Origin: a virus
Strand: one strand, 5' to 3'
Length of the DNA: 64,000 nt
IMG/VR virus record: IMGVR_UViG_3300044655_001643
Shown one piece after another: positions 16,925-26,680 of this stretch. The position numbers and the translations under genes were made by a program. Numbering within the stretch: position 1 is the stretch's first letter; each line of letters starts with the position of its first letter. A model generated the notes under the pieces. The model did no database searches, was not told where the DNA came from, and saw nothing but the letters and a program-made list of their open reading frames with translations.

Positions 16925-18398
16925 TTTTGACCTCTATAGTGTAAAACTTGTATTTGAATTTTTCCTCATCATATATTCTAACACGGTCAGTAAAATGTTT
17001 CAATGTAAAATTCACATGTTTACCTAAACGAAAATCATCGGCAATGTCATATAACACTGCTTCAGTTTTATTATCTCCCAATCTAAGCCCACGACCGATA
17101 GACTGCAAGTTACGTACTCTGGACTTACTTGGTGATGCAAATATGACATTGTGGAGATTTCTGATGTTGACACCAGTGCTAAAAGTACCGTAAGATGCAA
17201 CAATAATCGCATTGTTTTCCTTTTCTGTTATGGCACGAACTTGCTCACGAACTTGAACATCTGTACCGCCATAAACAAAGAAAACGTGTCTACCGGTAGC
17301 TTTTTCTTTGATGAGTTTGTGAAGTTGTTTACCATGTTTCTCAACTAGATTGAACAACACCAATGAGTTGCCTTCTAGTGATACAACAAGATTTCTTATG
17401 AACTCATTCCGATACTTACTACTCACTATGTATTCTATCTCATTTTGATAGTCCCACGAACGTGACTGTTTGCAAACTTCTTCTGGATATTTCAATATCA
17501 AACACTTGATTCTAAAGTCTGCCAATTGTTTGTTTTTGATAAGTTCGGATGTTGTTGTGGATTGGTATATTGGCCCAAACAAACCTTCTAGCACCAGCTT
17601 ATGTGTTTGTGTACCGTCAATGGTACCTGTACAGCCGATACGATAAGATGCATTCTTCAGACCAGTCATAATGGTAGTCAATGACTTTGCTTTGAACTGG
17701 TGTGCTTCGTCGCCAAGAACAAAGTCAAACTGTTCAAAGTATTCTGGTGGATTCTTGTAGATTGATTGCCAAGTGGTAATTGTAAGAAACTTTTCTGTAT
17801 GTTTGTCTTTGCCTGAATACTGACGATGACAATACTTCTCTGAATCATAACCGTAGGAAGCAAAGTCGGAATACATTTGTTCTACAAGTGATGTTGTTGG
17901 AACAATCAATAAACCTTTCTTGTAATTTTTACTTTGCAGATATCTCAATATCATATACTGAATCAAAGACTTGCCAGATCCAGTCGGTGATAATAACAAC
18001 ATTCGCTTGTTTCTAACGGCAGAAATGAATGATTTGACTTGATATTCTCTTGCACCTTCTTGTATAATGTTTTTGGGAAGTTGAAGATGATCAATAAACT
18101 CTTTAGCTTCTGCTACTGAAAAGCTCTCTGTAACACTGATTGGTGTATCAATTGCTAGTTTGTAATTTCTCTCTTCACAAAACTTCTGAATGTAAGGCAC
18201 AAGACCGTGATAGATAGTAAATGAACGCAGATCAGCCAAGCGTATCTTACCATCCCAAAGACGATTCTTGTACGCCGGCATAAATTGATAGCCTGGAACA
18301 TGAAATGTAAAATAGTCTGCTAACTCCTGAGCAACACTTTTTTCACATGCAAATCGCAGAAAGACCTCATTCTGCTTATATAAAGTTAGATCATACAC
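16917..18398 (-). CDS. uvsW: SF2 DNA helicase UvsW
   Basis: SPTGSGKS, DEAH, GCTGT, STGVNI, QSIGRGLR; likely GTG start at 18398 overlapping the uvsY stop (ORF track extends to 18422). Confidence 0.95.
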   Translation of the reverse strand: MYDLTLYKQNEVFLRFACEKSVAQELADYFTFHVPGYQFMPAYKNRLWDGKIRLADLRSFTIYHGLVPYIQKFCEERNYKLAIDTPISVTESFSVAEAKEFIDHLQLPKNIIQEGAREYQVKSFISAVRNKRMLLLSPTGSGKSLIQYMILRYLQSKNYKKGLLIVPTTSLVEQMYSDFASYGYDSEKYCHRQYSGKDKHTEKFLTITTWQSIYKNPPEYFEQFDFVLGDEAHQFKAKSLTTIMTGLKNASYRIGCTGTIDGTQTHKLVLEGLFGPIYQSTTTSELIKNKQLADFRIKCLILKYPEEVCKQSRSWDYQNEIEYIVSSKYRNEFIRNLVVSLEGNSLVLFNLVEKHGKQLHKLIKEKATGRHVFFVYGGTDVQVREQVRAITEKENNAIIVASYGTFSTGVNIRNLHNVIFASPSKSRVRNLQSIGRGLRLGDNKTEAVLYDIADDFRLGKHVNFTLKHFTDRVRIYDEEKFKYKFYTIEVKNA

Positions 18399-18825
18399 CT
18401 TGAATAAATTTTTCCCAGTCAATGAACGAACGGAGTTCCCATGTTCGATTGTTTAGTTCTTTGAGTATTGCTTGACAGACTTCCACAATTTCTTCATGTA
18501 ATAATTTCTTGGCAAGATACTTATTGATATCTTCGTCTGCTTCTAGATATGTATTGATCTCAGATTTGAGTGTGTATGGAAATGGCTGCCAACCATATTT
18601 GCTCAAATCATCTTCATCAAGTTTACCAGTGTAGTATTCCCATTTGAGTTTACGCCACTTATTGTAATTGAACTCGGCTTCTTTTGCCAACAGCCGATGT
18701 GAAGAAAGAATGTTTAGATACTTGCTGTGAAGTTTCGGAATGTCAATCAGTGCTTTACCTGGTTCAGTCCTGTCGATGACAGAATCAGCAGTCCACATTT
18801 GTAATACATCATCAAGTTTGCTCAT
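18391..18825 (-). CDS. uvsY: Recombination mediator UvsY
   Basis: D..ID, IPKLHSKYL, YYTGK, YLEAD, IDWEKF; directly upstream of uvsW. Confidence 0.9.
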   Translation of the reverse strand: MSKLDDVLQMWTADSVIDRTEPGKALIDIPKLHSKYLNILSSHRLLAKEAEFNYNKWRKLKWEYYTGKLDEDDLSKYGWQPFPYTLKSEINTYLEADEDINKYLAKKLLHEEIVEVCQAILKELNNRTWELRSFIDWEKFIQGV

Positions 18826-18855
18826 AGTATACCTCCTATTAGGAGTTTATCACAT

Positions 18856-19395
18856 TCAAAATAATTTTTCTACGTTATAATAGGTAAATCTGAAAGTAGC
18901 GTCTGCGGTGATAATAGTGTCTGGAGTATCTGTAGCACTCATAACAAAACCAGACAATGCAATTGGAAATAAATCTTTGAAGTTGAAACGGTAATATGGT
19001 TTATTTGATGCTGATAAAATAGTTACCGCACCATCAGTGTATTGTGGAGTTTTCGTTGGCTGTGCGGAGTTGAATTTGTTTAGTGTGCCCAAACTTTGGT
19101 ATTCTTCATACTCTGTTGGAAATGTCATTGCACGAAGCCAATCATGTATTTCTAACCAACTCAACATCTCGGCATCAACAATAAAAGTGACATTCAATAT
19201 GTCATAAATTGTTTTTTCACCAGGTGCGTAGAGTTCCACAAATGGGTTTGTCACTGGAATTTCTGATGTTGAAAGACCAGGTAATGAAACTGTTTGACAA
19301 AAGTATTGCAAATTCGGTGTACGAGCCATGTTCAGAGTGAACTTGTTCGGCTGTAACGAATTTGGATTAGATGGATTACGTGTGAGAACTGTCAT
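18856..19395 (-). CDS. gp3: Tail tube terminator / tail completion protein
   Basis: NSLQPNKF, QYFCQTVSLPG, EIHDWL, F.DLFP..LSG; sits between gp23 and uvsY. Confidence 0.85.
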   Translation of the reverse strand: MTVLTRNPSNPNSLQPNKFTLNMARTPNLQYFCQTVSLPGLSTSEIPVTNPFVELYAPGEKTIYDILNVTFIVDAEMLSWLEIHDWLRAMTFPTEYEEYQSLGTLNKFNSAQPTKTPQYTDGAVTILSASNKPYYRFNFKDLFPIALSGFVMSATDTPDTIITADATFRFTYYNVEKLF

Positions 19396-19400
19396 ACGTT

Positions 19401-19408
19401 TATTTATA
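19401..19408 (-). promoter_or_regulatory. T4-type late promoter TATAAATA upstream of gp3
   Basis: Plus-strand tatttata; gp55 is encoded in the window. Confidence 0.75.
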
Positions 19409-19412
19409 AGAT

Positions 19413-19440
19413 AAAAAAAGAGACACCCGAAGGTGTCTCT
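19413..19440 (-). terminator. Intrinsic terminator after gp23 with cUUCGg tetraloop
   Basis: AGAGACACC-TTCG-GGTGTCTCT followed by a T run. Confidence 0.92.
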
Positions 19441-19471
19441 TCAAACCCACTCTTAACGGTGGTTTTATAAC

Positions 19472-20815
19472 TCACATGAGGTTGGCAATTCTAAATCCTC
19501 TGTAGTAGTTGTTTGTTTGTGAATCCAAACGACCCAGACCCTGATCAGTACCTTCAGCAAATGGATTAGCAACTAGACCGTAACGAGTCTTGAAGCCAAT
19601 CTTTGGCTGGAATGTACCAGTATCAACTGCACGAACCATTTGCAGAGGAACGTATGGGCAGTAGAACATACCAGCATCGTATGCGTTAGTACCCTTGTAA
19701 CCTACAACCGCAAACTCTGATGTTGAGCCTGTTGGGAAGTATGGATCGATGTAGACTTTGATACGACCGAAGATTGTACCAGCAAATGTATTACCAGTAT
19801 CGTCAACTGTCAGTGATACTTGACCAGCAAGTGCTGAGTTATAGTCAAGAATACCAGACATCGCCAAAGCGGATGCTACGTCTGAGGAACAGATAACGAT
19901 GTTACCTTTACCACGACGGGTTGTCTTAGCGATTTGATTAGCTTCACGCTCAATCTGGAATGCAAGACCTTTGATCTTTTCAACCATCCAACGACCGTTT
20001 GAGTCTGTGTCAAGGTTGAATGCACCACGTGTTGTTGTACCCGCTTGGCAGCCTGGCTTAGCAACTTTGTAGATTGTGCGGATAACTTCACGGTTGATTT
20101 CAGCAAGAATTTCTGCGGACAGAATGTTAGCCAATTCTGTTTCAGCGTCAAGACCATGAACTGCTTTCAAGTCTTGTGCCAGTTCCATTGAGTATTCTGC
20201 TTTCAATGCACGTGTACGAGCAGTTACAGTAACTTTCTCAATTGAGAATGCCATTTCTTGGAATGTGTTACCTGCTGCACCGTCACCCAATGCTTCAGCC
20301 GAACCTGTTGTCATAGCGCCAGTAGGAGCAGCGTTACCTGTAAACAGATAGTCTGTTGTGTTACCAGCGATTGTCATTGAGGATGCAACGATAGCACCGT
20401 TAGCACCAGCAAATGCTGTGTTAGCTTCGTTGTAGAATGCTTCTGTACCATTCTGTGCGCCATACTTAGTACGCATTGCGAAAATCAGACCTGTAGGACC
20501 TGTCATTGGCTGAACGCCGCAAACGTCATACGCAATCAGATTAGGCAATGAACGACGAACCAGGCTGATCAGAATTGGATCGAAACCAGCAACTGGACCA
20601 GCAGCAGCAGCAGAACCACCAAAACCGCCTGTACCAGCAAAGTTAGTTGGTGAACCTGTCTCTTGCAGAATACCAGATTCTTTGATCATTTCCTGGGCTT
20701 GGTTTTCCAGGATAACTGCCGTAACTGCTTTACGATATGGATCAGCAATTGCTGGCAGGTCTGGGTGGTTTAGAACACCATCCCATTTGCTTTGTAGTTG
20801 TTCAGACAAATACAT
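19472..20815 (-). CDS. gp23: Major capsid protein
   Basis: ILENQ, LVRRSLPNLIAYDVCGVQPMTGPTGLIFAMR, ELAQDLKAVHGLDAE, FQPKIGFKTRYG. Confidence 0.98.
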   Translation of the reverse strand: MYLSEQLQSKWDGVLNHPDLPAIADPYRKAVTAVILENQAQEMIKESGILQETGSPTNFAGTGGFGGSAAAAGPVAGFDPILISLVRRSLPNLIAYDVCGVQPMTGPTGLIFAMRTKYGAQNGTEAFYNEANTAFAGANGAIVASSMTIAGNTTDYLFTGNAAPTGAMTTGSAEALGDGAAGNTFQEMAFSIEKVTVTARTRALKAEYSMELAQDLKAVHGLDAETELANILSAEILAEINREVIRTIYKVAKPGCQAGTTTRGAFNLDTDSNGRWMVEKIKGLAFQIEREANQIAKTTRRGKGNIVICSSDVASALAMSGILDYNSALAGQVSLTVDDTGNTFAGTIFGRIKVYIDPYFPTGSTSEFAVVGYKGTNAYDAGMFYCPYVPLQMVRAVDTGTFQPKIGFKTRYGLVANPFAEGTDQGLGRLDSQTNNYYRGFRIANLM

Positions 20816-20838
20816 CTTTGTATCTCCTTTGTTTATTA

Positions 20839-21933
20839 TTAAATTTTTGTTTTCGAAATTGCTTGCATGACTGATGCAACGTATGGATCTGAAACGACCT
20901 TCTTCTCGTTGCTATCTTCGTCATCAACTGTTTCGTGAAGTTGTGCTACATCGGCTTTTTTCATGCCTGATGGGAAGTAGTTCTCACGGATTGTTTCAAG
21001 TTTATCTTTGAATTCTTCCTCTGTGGAAAATTCAACACTCTCTGCAAGTGACTTGATTTTTTCTACTTGAGTTGCTGTGAGTCCTTCACATACTTCATTT
21101 ACAAGTTGTACTTTAACCGCTTCAGTAAGTTGTTTCTTATACTGAACGTTGGTTTCAATTTCTTCGTTTAGTTTGTTTTCCAGATCTTCGACTTTGGAAG
21201 CAAGTTCTTCTACCAAGTCAACTTTATCTTCTGGAACATTGATGTAGTTTTCAGCAAACAGATTGCGTAGACCAGCAATGAAATCTTCAGTAATTTCTGA
21301 ACGCAGACCGCTTTCAATAGCAATCTCGTTTTCATCCATCCACTGCTCAACAACATAGTTGAGGTAGTCATCTACTTTTTCTGTCAATTCTGCTTTGATT
21401 GTGTCAACTGCTTCGGCAAGTTGGCCAGCATATTCTGTTTCCAGTTGCTCTTGAATTTGTGTCACACGGTCAAATACACGTGCTTCAAAAATTGTTGCTG
21501 CTCTTGATTTGAAGTCATCAGAGATTGATGAATCATCTGCAAACAGAGAAGCAACATCTTCTTTGATCTGTGCTTTGATTTCTTCAACTGCTGAATTATC
21601 GTCGAGAATTTCTTCTTCAACATCAGTATCTTCAGGCATCATTGCTGTACCTGTACCTGCTTTCATGTTCTTGTCGCCAAGTTGAACATCGCTTGATGCT
21701 GCTGAAGGTTTTGCTGTAGGTGCTGTTGCACTCTTAGCAGTACCTTTGCTTGCCAACTTGTTAGAATCATCAGTCGGTTTGTTGTTTTGTGGGGTTGGTC
21801 CACCTAAATCTTCAGGTGTTCCAGAGTTGCCTGGAGTGTCGTAGTGTGACTTAGGCATTGGCATACCAGGAGCGGAAGACTTGCTTGATGCAAGAATTTC
21901 TGCTGCGGCTTCCATTAGTTTATTTGTTGCCAT
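20839..21933 (-). CDS. gp22: Prohead core scaffold protein
   Basis: FKSRAATIFEA, VDDYLNYVVEQWM.ENEIAIE.GLRSE; between gp21 and gp23. Confidence 0.93.
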   Translation of the reverse strand: MATNKLMEAAAEILASSKSSAPGMPMPKSHYDTPGNSGTPEDLGGPTPQNNKPTDDSNKLASKGTAKSATAPTAKPSAASSDVQLGDKNMKAGTGTAMMPEDTDVEEEILDDNSAVEEIKAQIKEDVASLFADDSSISDDFKSRAATIFEARVFDRVTQIQEQLETEYAGQLAEAVDTIKAELTEKVDDYLNYVVEQWMDENEIAIESGLRSEITEDFIAGLRNLFAENYINVPEDKVDLVEELASKVEDLENKLNEEIETNVQYKKQLTEAVKVQLVNEVCEGLTATQVEKIKSLAESVEFSTEEEFKDKLETIRENYFPSGMKKADVAQLHETVDDEDSNEKKVVSDPYVASVMQAISKTKI

Positions 21934-21955
21934 TGGATATCTCCTTATGATTTCT

Positions 21956-21963
21956 TATTTATA
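21956..21963 (-). promoter_or_regulatory. Late promoter TATAAATA upstream of gp22
   Basis: Plus-strand tatttata in the intergenic gap. Confidence 0.8.
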
Positions 21964-21967
21964 AAAT

Positions 21968-22618
21968 TTAGAGTTTTCGTAGGAAGTTTTCGAAAAGTTG
22001 AAGTCCAACGGACTCAATATCTTTACGAGATGCTTGACGAATCTGTTTTTTAGCGTAGTCAATATGTGACTCAACAAAACGACCCTCAACATACATCCAT
22101 TCTTTGTTTTCCATGATGCCTTGAACAAATGCACCTGGTGCTGAAGGGTCAGCAACAATGTCTGCTGCTGTGGCAAGACGCAAATCATCTTGAACCAAAT
22201 TGTAACCTTCTTTTGTCATTACGACTGAGCCAAGGGCACGTGAAGAAACACCTAGATTCACACCAGAATCAATCAGATTCTTAGCAATCTGTCCATATGG
22301 TGTTTCCATAATGAGTGCTTTACCGATAAATGTATTACCGTTTTCTTTGAGGCTAACAATCTTATGTGACACACGTTCAAGATTGAGTGATGGTGTATCA
22401 GGATGTCCTAGTTCGCCAAGCGCACGGTTTGACTCAATGAGTTCTTTGTTATAACGTGCAACTTCATTACGCAATGTATCCATTTTGTACATACGATTGT
22501 TGCGATTGACTGCATCGCCAACAAGAAAGATTCCTTCGATGTACATTTGTTTTTTACCATCTTCTGTTTTTTCGGTAAGATAGCGAACTTCTTCAATATG
22601 TTCTTTGATGAGTTTCAT
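21968..22618 (-). CDS. gp21: Prohead protease
   Basis: NRNNRMY, ALGELGHP, GVSSRALGS, DIVADPSAPGAFV. Confidence 0.96.
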   Translation of the reverse strand: MKLIKEHIEEVRYLTEKTEDGKKQMYIEGIFLVGDAVNRNNRMYKMDTLRNEVARYNKELIESNRALGELGHPDTPSLNLERVSHKIVSLKENGNTFIGKALIMETPYGQIAKNLIDSGVNLGVSSRALGSVVMTKEGYNLVQDDLRLATAADIVADPSAPGAFVQGIMENKEWMYVEGRFVESHIDYAKKQIRQASRKDIESVGLQLFENFLRKL

Positions 22619-22980
22619 TAGATAGTTACTCCTGTGTATGGATCGACATTATATGTCGCTATTTTGGATACTTCCATAATAAAAGAACCACCTGTGTTGA
22701 TCGTTGCAACAATACTTTGAGTATTATTGTTTGCTATTGAGTGGGAGAAGTCAGCAAAGTCCATTACACCACCAGTATGCAGTGCAAGAATAGGCACACC
22801 ACCCCGAGTAATTGTAATGCTACCGTTTGTTGACCACATGATTCGTTTGATGTCGGCACCAGTAACATTTTCAATAGTTGTATTTGCTCTCATATCATTG
22901 AGAGTGAATGTATATGTGCCAGCATCAACAGCACGAATAACTGACAGACCTCTTAGTGTGTTGGTAATTTCAAATGGCAT
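22618..22980 (-). CDS. Hypothetical beta-rich protein in the head module
   Basis: 120-aa ORF, stop overlaps gp21 start; no recognised motif. Confidence 0.6.
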   Translation of the reverse strand: MPFEITNTLRGLSVIRAVDAGTYTFTLNDMRANTTIENVTGADIKRIMWSTNGSITITRGGVPILALHTGGVMDFADFSHSIANNNTQSIVATINTGGSFIMEVSKIATYNVDPYTGVTI

Positions 22981-22981
22981 T

Positions 22982-23443
22982 TTATTTTAGTCCCATAGAT
23001 TTGCGACGGCGCATTGACATCTTTCTTTTTAGCAATGTGCGTCTAAGTTTTGCTCTTCTTGTTGTTTTCCATGCTCGTTTTAACAAACGTGCTTTACGTA
23101 ATCTTTCTGTTGCTGGTATACGTTTGATTGTATTGCCAGACAAACGATAACCTTTTATTGCCGATTTGCGTACATTCTTCTGTACGATAATTCTACCTTT
23201 TTTATTACGACGAATACGGCGACGAATCTTTTGCACTCTGCCCATCTTTACAACGTTTGGATTGCGTTTCTTGGCCGCTTCTTCCAATACTTCTTCGTCA
23301 ACTTCAATCTCTTCAAACATCTCATCGACGACGAATGGTTTTGCTTCTTCCATTTTGATAGAAGCAATGTCATCTAAACGATCAAAGATTAGTTTCTTTG
23401 CTTCGTCTAATTTATTTTGAAGAATTAGTTCTACAAAATTCAT
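22982..23443 (-). CDS. gp68: Prohead core protein, gp68-like (highly basic C-terminus)
   Basis: Arg/Lys-rich (RRRIRRNKKGR...KRKMSMRRRKSMGL); position between gp20 and gp21; likely ATG at 23443 (ORF track 23455). Confidence 0.65.
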   Translation of the reverse strand: MNFVELILQNKLDEAKKLIFDRLDDIASIKMEEAKPFVVDEMFEEIEVDEEVLEEAAKKRNPNVVKMGRVQKIRRRIRRNKKGRIIVQKNVRKSAIKGYRLSGNTIKRIPATERLRKARLLKRAWKTTRRAKLRRTLLKRKMSMRRRKSMGLK

Positions 23444-24182
23444 TGAGTTGACCAAATGTTGTTATTGATTCTGTCAATTGTTGCCAGAATACTTGTTTAT
23501 TTTCTTCGTCTAATTGACTATAAGTGTCAATCAAAAATTGTTTGTTTTCTTCACTCAATATAATTGAGTTGCCATCATTGAGTAATAGTTGTTCAGATTC
23601 AACAAGTTCTTTTATGTATTCTTCTGCCTGAACAACAGCATCAACAGTGGGACCATATGGCAAACTAAACACTCTTTTGAGTTTGTCGCTGTAATACAAA
23701 GCAACACGTGTGCCGTCTGGATATAAACGAACTGCTTTACGCTTGATTACCAAAACAACCGGTGGATCTGGTACCACTGGATAAGCACTTCCAACGCTGT
23801 CTCCTTTGGCTTCTTTCATATCGTAGCCAACATCACCAACTTTCAGTTTTGAACGACGGTATTTTTTACCTTCAATGTTTGTTTTGAAATCTGCGGTAGC
23901 GATCATACCTTCATTCAAATCTTCACGGACTGCTTGTCTTGCTTTGGTATAAATTTGCTTATTACTGGTAATCAAATCAGCCATACGATTGAAAAGACTA
24001 CGCATGATTTCACGATCAGCATTATTGAACACTGGTCGCTCTTCACTCATCTTATCCATTATTTTATGGATACGTTGCAACTGTGCTTTATTGGCCAAAC
24101 CAGCACGAACAAGAGCGTCTAACTTTGAGTAATCAGACTTCTCTTCTTCAACAATGTGTTTGAACTCTAGTAAAGACTTCAT
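23412..24182 (-). CDS. Hypothetical protein in the prohead-core cluster
   Basis: 256-aa ORF; MKSLLEF start and PPVVLVIKRKAVRLYPDG.RVALYY motif; overlaps neighbours. Confidence 0.6.
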   Translation of the reverse strand: MKSLLEFKHIVEEEKSDYSKLDALVRAGLANKAQLQRIHKIMDKMSEERPVFNNADREIMRSLFNRMADLITSNKQIYTKARQAVREDLNEGMIATADFKTNIEGKKYRRSKLKVGDVGYDMKEAKGDSVGSAYPVVPDPPVVLVIKRKAVRLYPDGTRVALYYSDKLKRVFSLPYGPTVDAVVQAEEYIKELVESEQLLLNDGNSIILSEENKQFLIDTYSQLDEENKQVFWQQLTESITTFGQLNEFCRTNSSK

Positions 24183-24376
24183 TCTTCTACGGCTTCTTCG
24201 TTATCTGTAACTTCTTCAGACTCTTGGTTTTTCCCGCCAAAAAGAGTAGAAGCGATTTCTTGCTTGCGGCCTTGGAGCGCATCGAACGCTTTCGCTGATA
24301 ATGCATTTTCTATGCTTTCTTTTGCTGCTACGTTTTCGCCAGCAGCAATGTTGTTGATAATGTCTTGAATATCCAT
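24179..24376 (-). CDS. gp67: Small acidic prohead core protein, gp67-like
   Basis: 65 aa, helical N-terminus, acidic tail; immediately after portal. Confidence 0.65.
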   Translation of the reverse strand: MDIQDIINNIAAGENVAAKESIENALSAKAFDALQGRKQEIASTLFGGKNQESEEVTDNEEAVEE

Positions 24377-24387
24377 AATAACCTTTC

Positions 24388-26055
24388 TTATCTGCGTCTA
24401 TTATTTATACTGATAACCGACTTGTTTACTTCATCATCTAGACCAGGTGTTAGCGACTCAGTTTCTTCGGTATTTTCAATTGTGTTATCTTCTTGTGGTA
24501 CATCAGGTGCTGGTGCACCACCGCCGCTCATTACAGGACCTTGCATGTCATCAGGCAGTGTATCTTTTTCTTCAGCAATCTGTTCATCCATCTGATCAAT
24601 TTCTTCTTCAGTCATCATGAGAATCTTCTCTTTGACATACTTGTTTGAGAAATAACGACCGACGAATGGATCAACCAATTGTACCATTTGCAGACGGTTC
24701 TGTAACAGTTCTGCCTCACGAAGTTCTGTGAAGTTATTATCTTTACGGAAGTCATAGTAAATATTCTCTTTGAATTCATCCCACTCTTCACGTGTACAAA
24801 CACCCTTGAGTACCAATTGTGTACGCAGAAGATCATCAAACAACTGAGAAAATTTATTACGCAGACGAACGACAAATTTGGCAAACTTGAGTTCGTCACG
24901 TGTAACTTCTTGTGAACGACCTATGCCAGCAAGACCACCTTCTTGTGATTCTAAACGTGAGTATGGTACATTCAATGACTGCAATAATTTCTTCTGAAAG
25001 TATTTTACATCTTCCAGTTCACCAAGATTCTGACCGGCTGGCAATGTTGTAATCTCTGTGCCTTTACCACCTTCACGGCGTGGTAACCAGAAATCTTCAA
25101 GCATTGACATATGCTTACGCTCGTCACGCAATTCACCAGTGTTGGCATCATAAACAAGTTTGTTACGATACTTGATCATAATGTCACGCAGATATTGTTC
25201 TGCTTTACCACGTGGCAAGTTACCAACGTCGATGTAGAAAACACGGCGTTCTGGCGCACGTGAAATACGATAGATAACAATCGCATCTTCAATCATTCTC
25301 AACTGATTGAGTGGCTTGATTGCTTTGTGTAGATATGAAATAACAAATGTATTCTTAGCATCCATCAAACCAGAATTGATATTGACAATTGAATCTGGTG
25401 CAATACGGAGACCTTGGCCTACATTTGCTGTGAATGTTTGTGTTGTTGTACCACGATCATTGAACACATAGTATTCAGCAGTCGATACAATGACCATTGC
25501 ACCCGTTCTTGGATCACGGTCTTTTTTGATTTCACGTACTTTACGAATCTTACGTGGATCAATGTAACGAAGTTCTTTGATACCTTCTTTTGGATTTTCA
25601 TCATTGACAACGATGTGATAAAACATACGACCGTCAATGTACCAACGCTTGAATAGATCGTCGGCAAGATTTGAAAAGTTCAACAGTCTAACGATTGTAT
25701 TGAACTCTTCAATGATTTTCTTTTTGATTGATTCTGGTTGCTTGAGATTGTTTAGAACGATATCAACAACTCTACCAGATTCGTCATGTGTAATAGCTTC
25801 ATTGACGATTTCATCAATCGCCATCTGACATTCTGGATGATTTGACATCTCACGATATCGTGTGATAAGTTCAATCTCATTACGGACTGAACCTTCTAGA
25901 TCAACATAAGTACCGTAATACGCATTTTGCGTAACGGTAACTGCACCATCATCTAATTGTGCAGCAGACGGCAGAGTAAAGGATGCCTGTTCAGGTTTTT
26001 CTTTCTGAACGACATCCCTTGCTCCGATTGTGAAGCCAAACAGTTTGATTGCCAC
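24388..26055 (-). CDS. gp20: Portal vertex protein
   Basis: WYIDGR, LRYIDPRKI, YRISRAPERRVFYIDVGNLP, EDFWLPRREGGKGTEITTLP. Confidence 0.98.
   Translation of the reverse strand: MAIKLFGFTIGARDVVQKEKPEQASFTLPSAAQLDDGAVTVTQNAYYGTYVDLEGSVRNEIELITRYREMSNHPECQMAIDEIVNEAITHDESGRVVDIVLNNLKQPESIKKKIIEEFNTIVRLLNFSNLADDLFKRWYIDGRMFYHIVVNDENPKEGIKELRYIDPRKIRKVREIKKDRDPRTGAMVIVSTAEYYVFNDRGTTTQTFTANVGQGLRIAPDSIVNINSGLMDAKNTFVISYLHKAIKPLNQLRMIEDAIVIYRISRAPERRVFYIDVGNLPRGKAEQYLRDIMIKYRNKLVYDANTGELRDERKHMSMLEDFWLPRREGGKGTEITTLPAGQNLGELEDVKYFQKKLLQSLNVPYSRLESQEGGLAGIGRSQEVTRDELKFAKFVVRLRNKFSQLFDDLLRTQLVLKGVCTREEWDEFKENIYYDFRKDNNFTELREAELLQNRLQMVQLVDPFVGRYFSNKYVKEKILMMTEEEIDQMDEQIAEEKDTLPDDMQGPVMSGGGAPAPDVPQEDNTIENTEETESLTPGLDDEVNKSVISINNRRR
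24402..24409 (-). promoter_or_regulatory. Late promoter TATAAATA (in the 3' end of gp20) for gp67
   Basis: Plus-strand tatttata about 25 nt upstream of the gp67 start. Confidence 0.7.
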
Positions 26056-26077
26056 GCTGAGTTATCCTCTCATTTCA

Positions 26078-26108
26078 AAAGTAAAAGTAAGGGTAAAACA
26101 CCCTTACT
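26078..26108 (-). terminator. Terminator-like hairpin after gp19
   Basis: AGTAAGGGT-GTTTT-ACCCTTACT followed by TTTACTTTT. Confidence 0.7.
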
Positions 26109-26109
26109 C

Positions 26110-26655
26110 TTAGACCACACCGTCTGCAACTGCTTCCCACCACTGATAGGTAAGCGTTACAGAAAACTCTTCAATGGTATCATTTGAACCCCAATCAACA
26201 TCGATTGGAGTAATGTCAGTTGGGAACATACCAACAAACTTATATTTTTTGATTGCATTACCAGCTTTTGCAAACTGAGTAACTTCACCATCAACTGAGT
26301 AACCCAACGGCGTACTTGCAAGAGGGTTACGAACGTTTAGATTGTGGCTATTGATGCCATTCATCCAACGTTCAAATGCATTACGGATAATAAAATCTTC
26401 ATCGTTGATGATTGTTACTGTCCAATCAGCAAATGTACGGTTGCCAACAAACTTTAGTTCACGACCAAAGTATTGAACAGGCACAACGCCCAGAGTTGCT
26501 CCTGGAAGTTGTGCTGTCTTACACATGAACGTTGTTTTTGTTTGTGCGTTTCCTGGTGCTGAGAACGCAGGAAACGGCAAACTTACCTCAAATAGATTTG
26601 GGCGGGCACCGTCACCTTGTAATTGTGAACGGAACTGATTTACGTTAAATGCCAT
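26110..26655 (-). CDS. gp19: Tail tube protein
   Basis: GARPNLFEV, CKTAQLPG, GNRTFADWTVTIINDEDF, IEEFSVT..YQWW. Confidence 0.96.
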   Translation of the reverse strand: MAFNVNQFRSQLQGDGARPNLFEVSLPFPAFSAPGNAQTKTTFMCKTAQLPGATLGVVPVQYFGRELKFVGNRTFADWTVTIINDEDFIIRNAFERWMNGINSHNLNVRNPLASTPLGYSVDGEVTQFAKAGNAIKKYKFVGMFPTDITPIDVDWGSNDTIEEFSVTLTYQWWEAVADGVV

Positions 26656-26680
26656 TTATTATTCTCCTGTTTCTCTTTAT

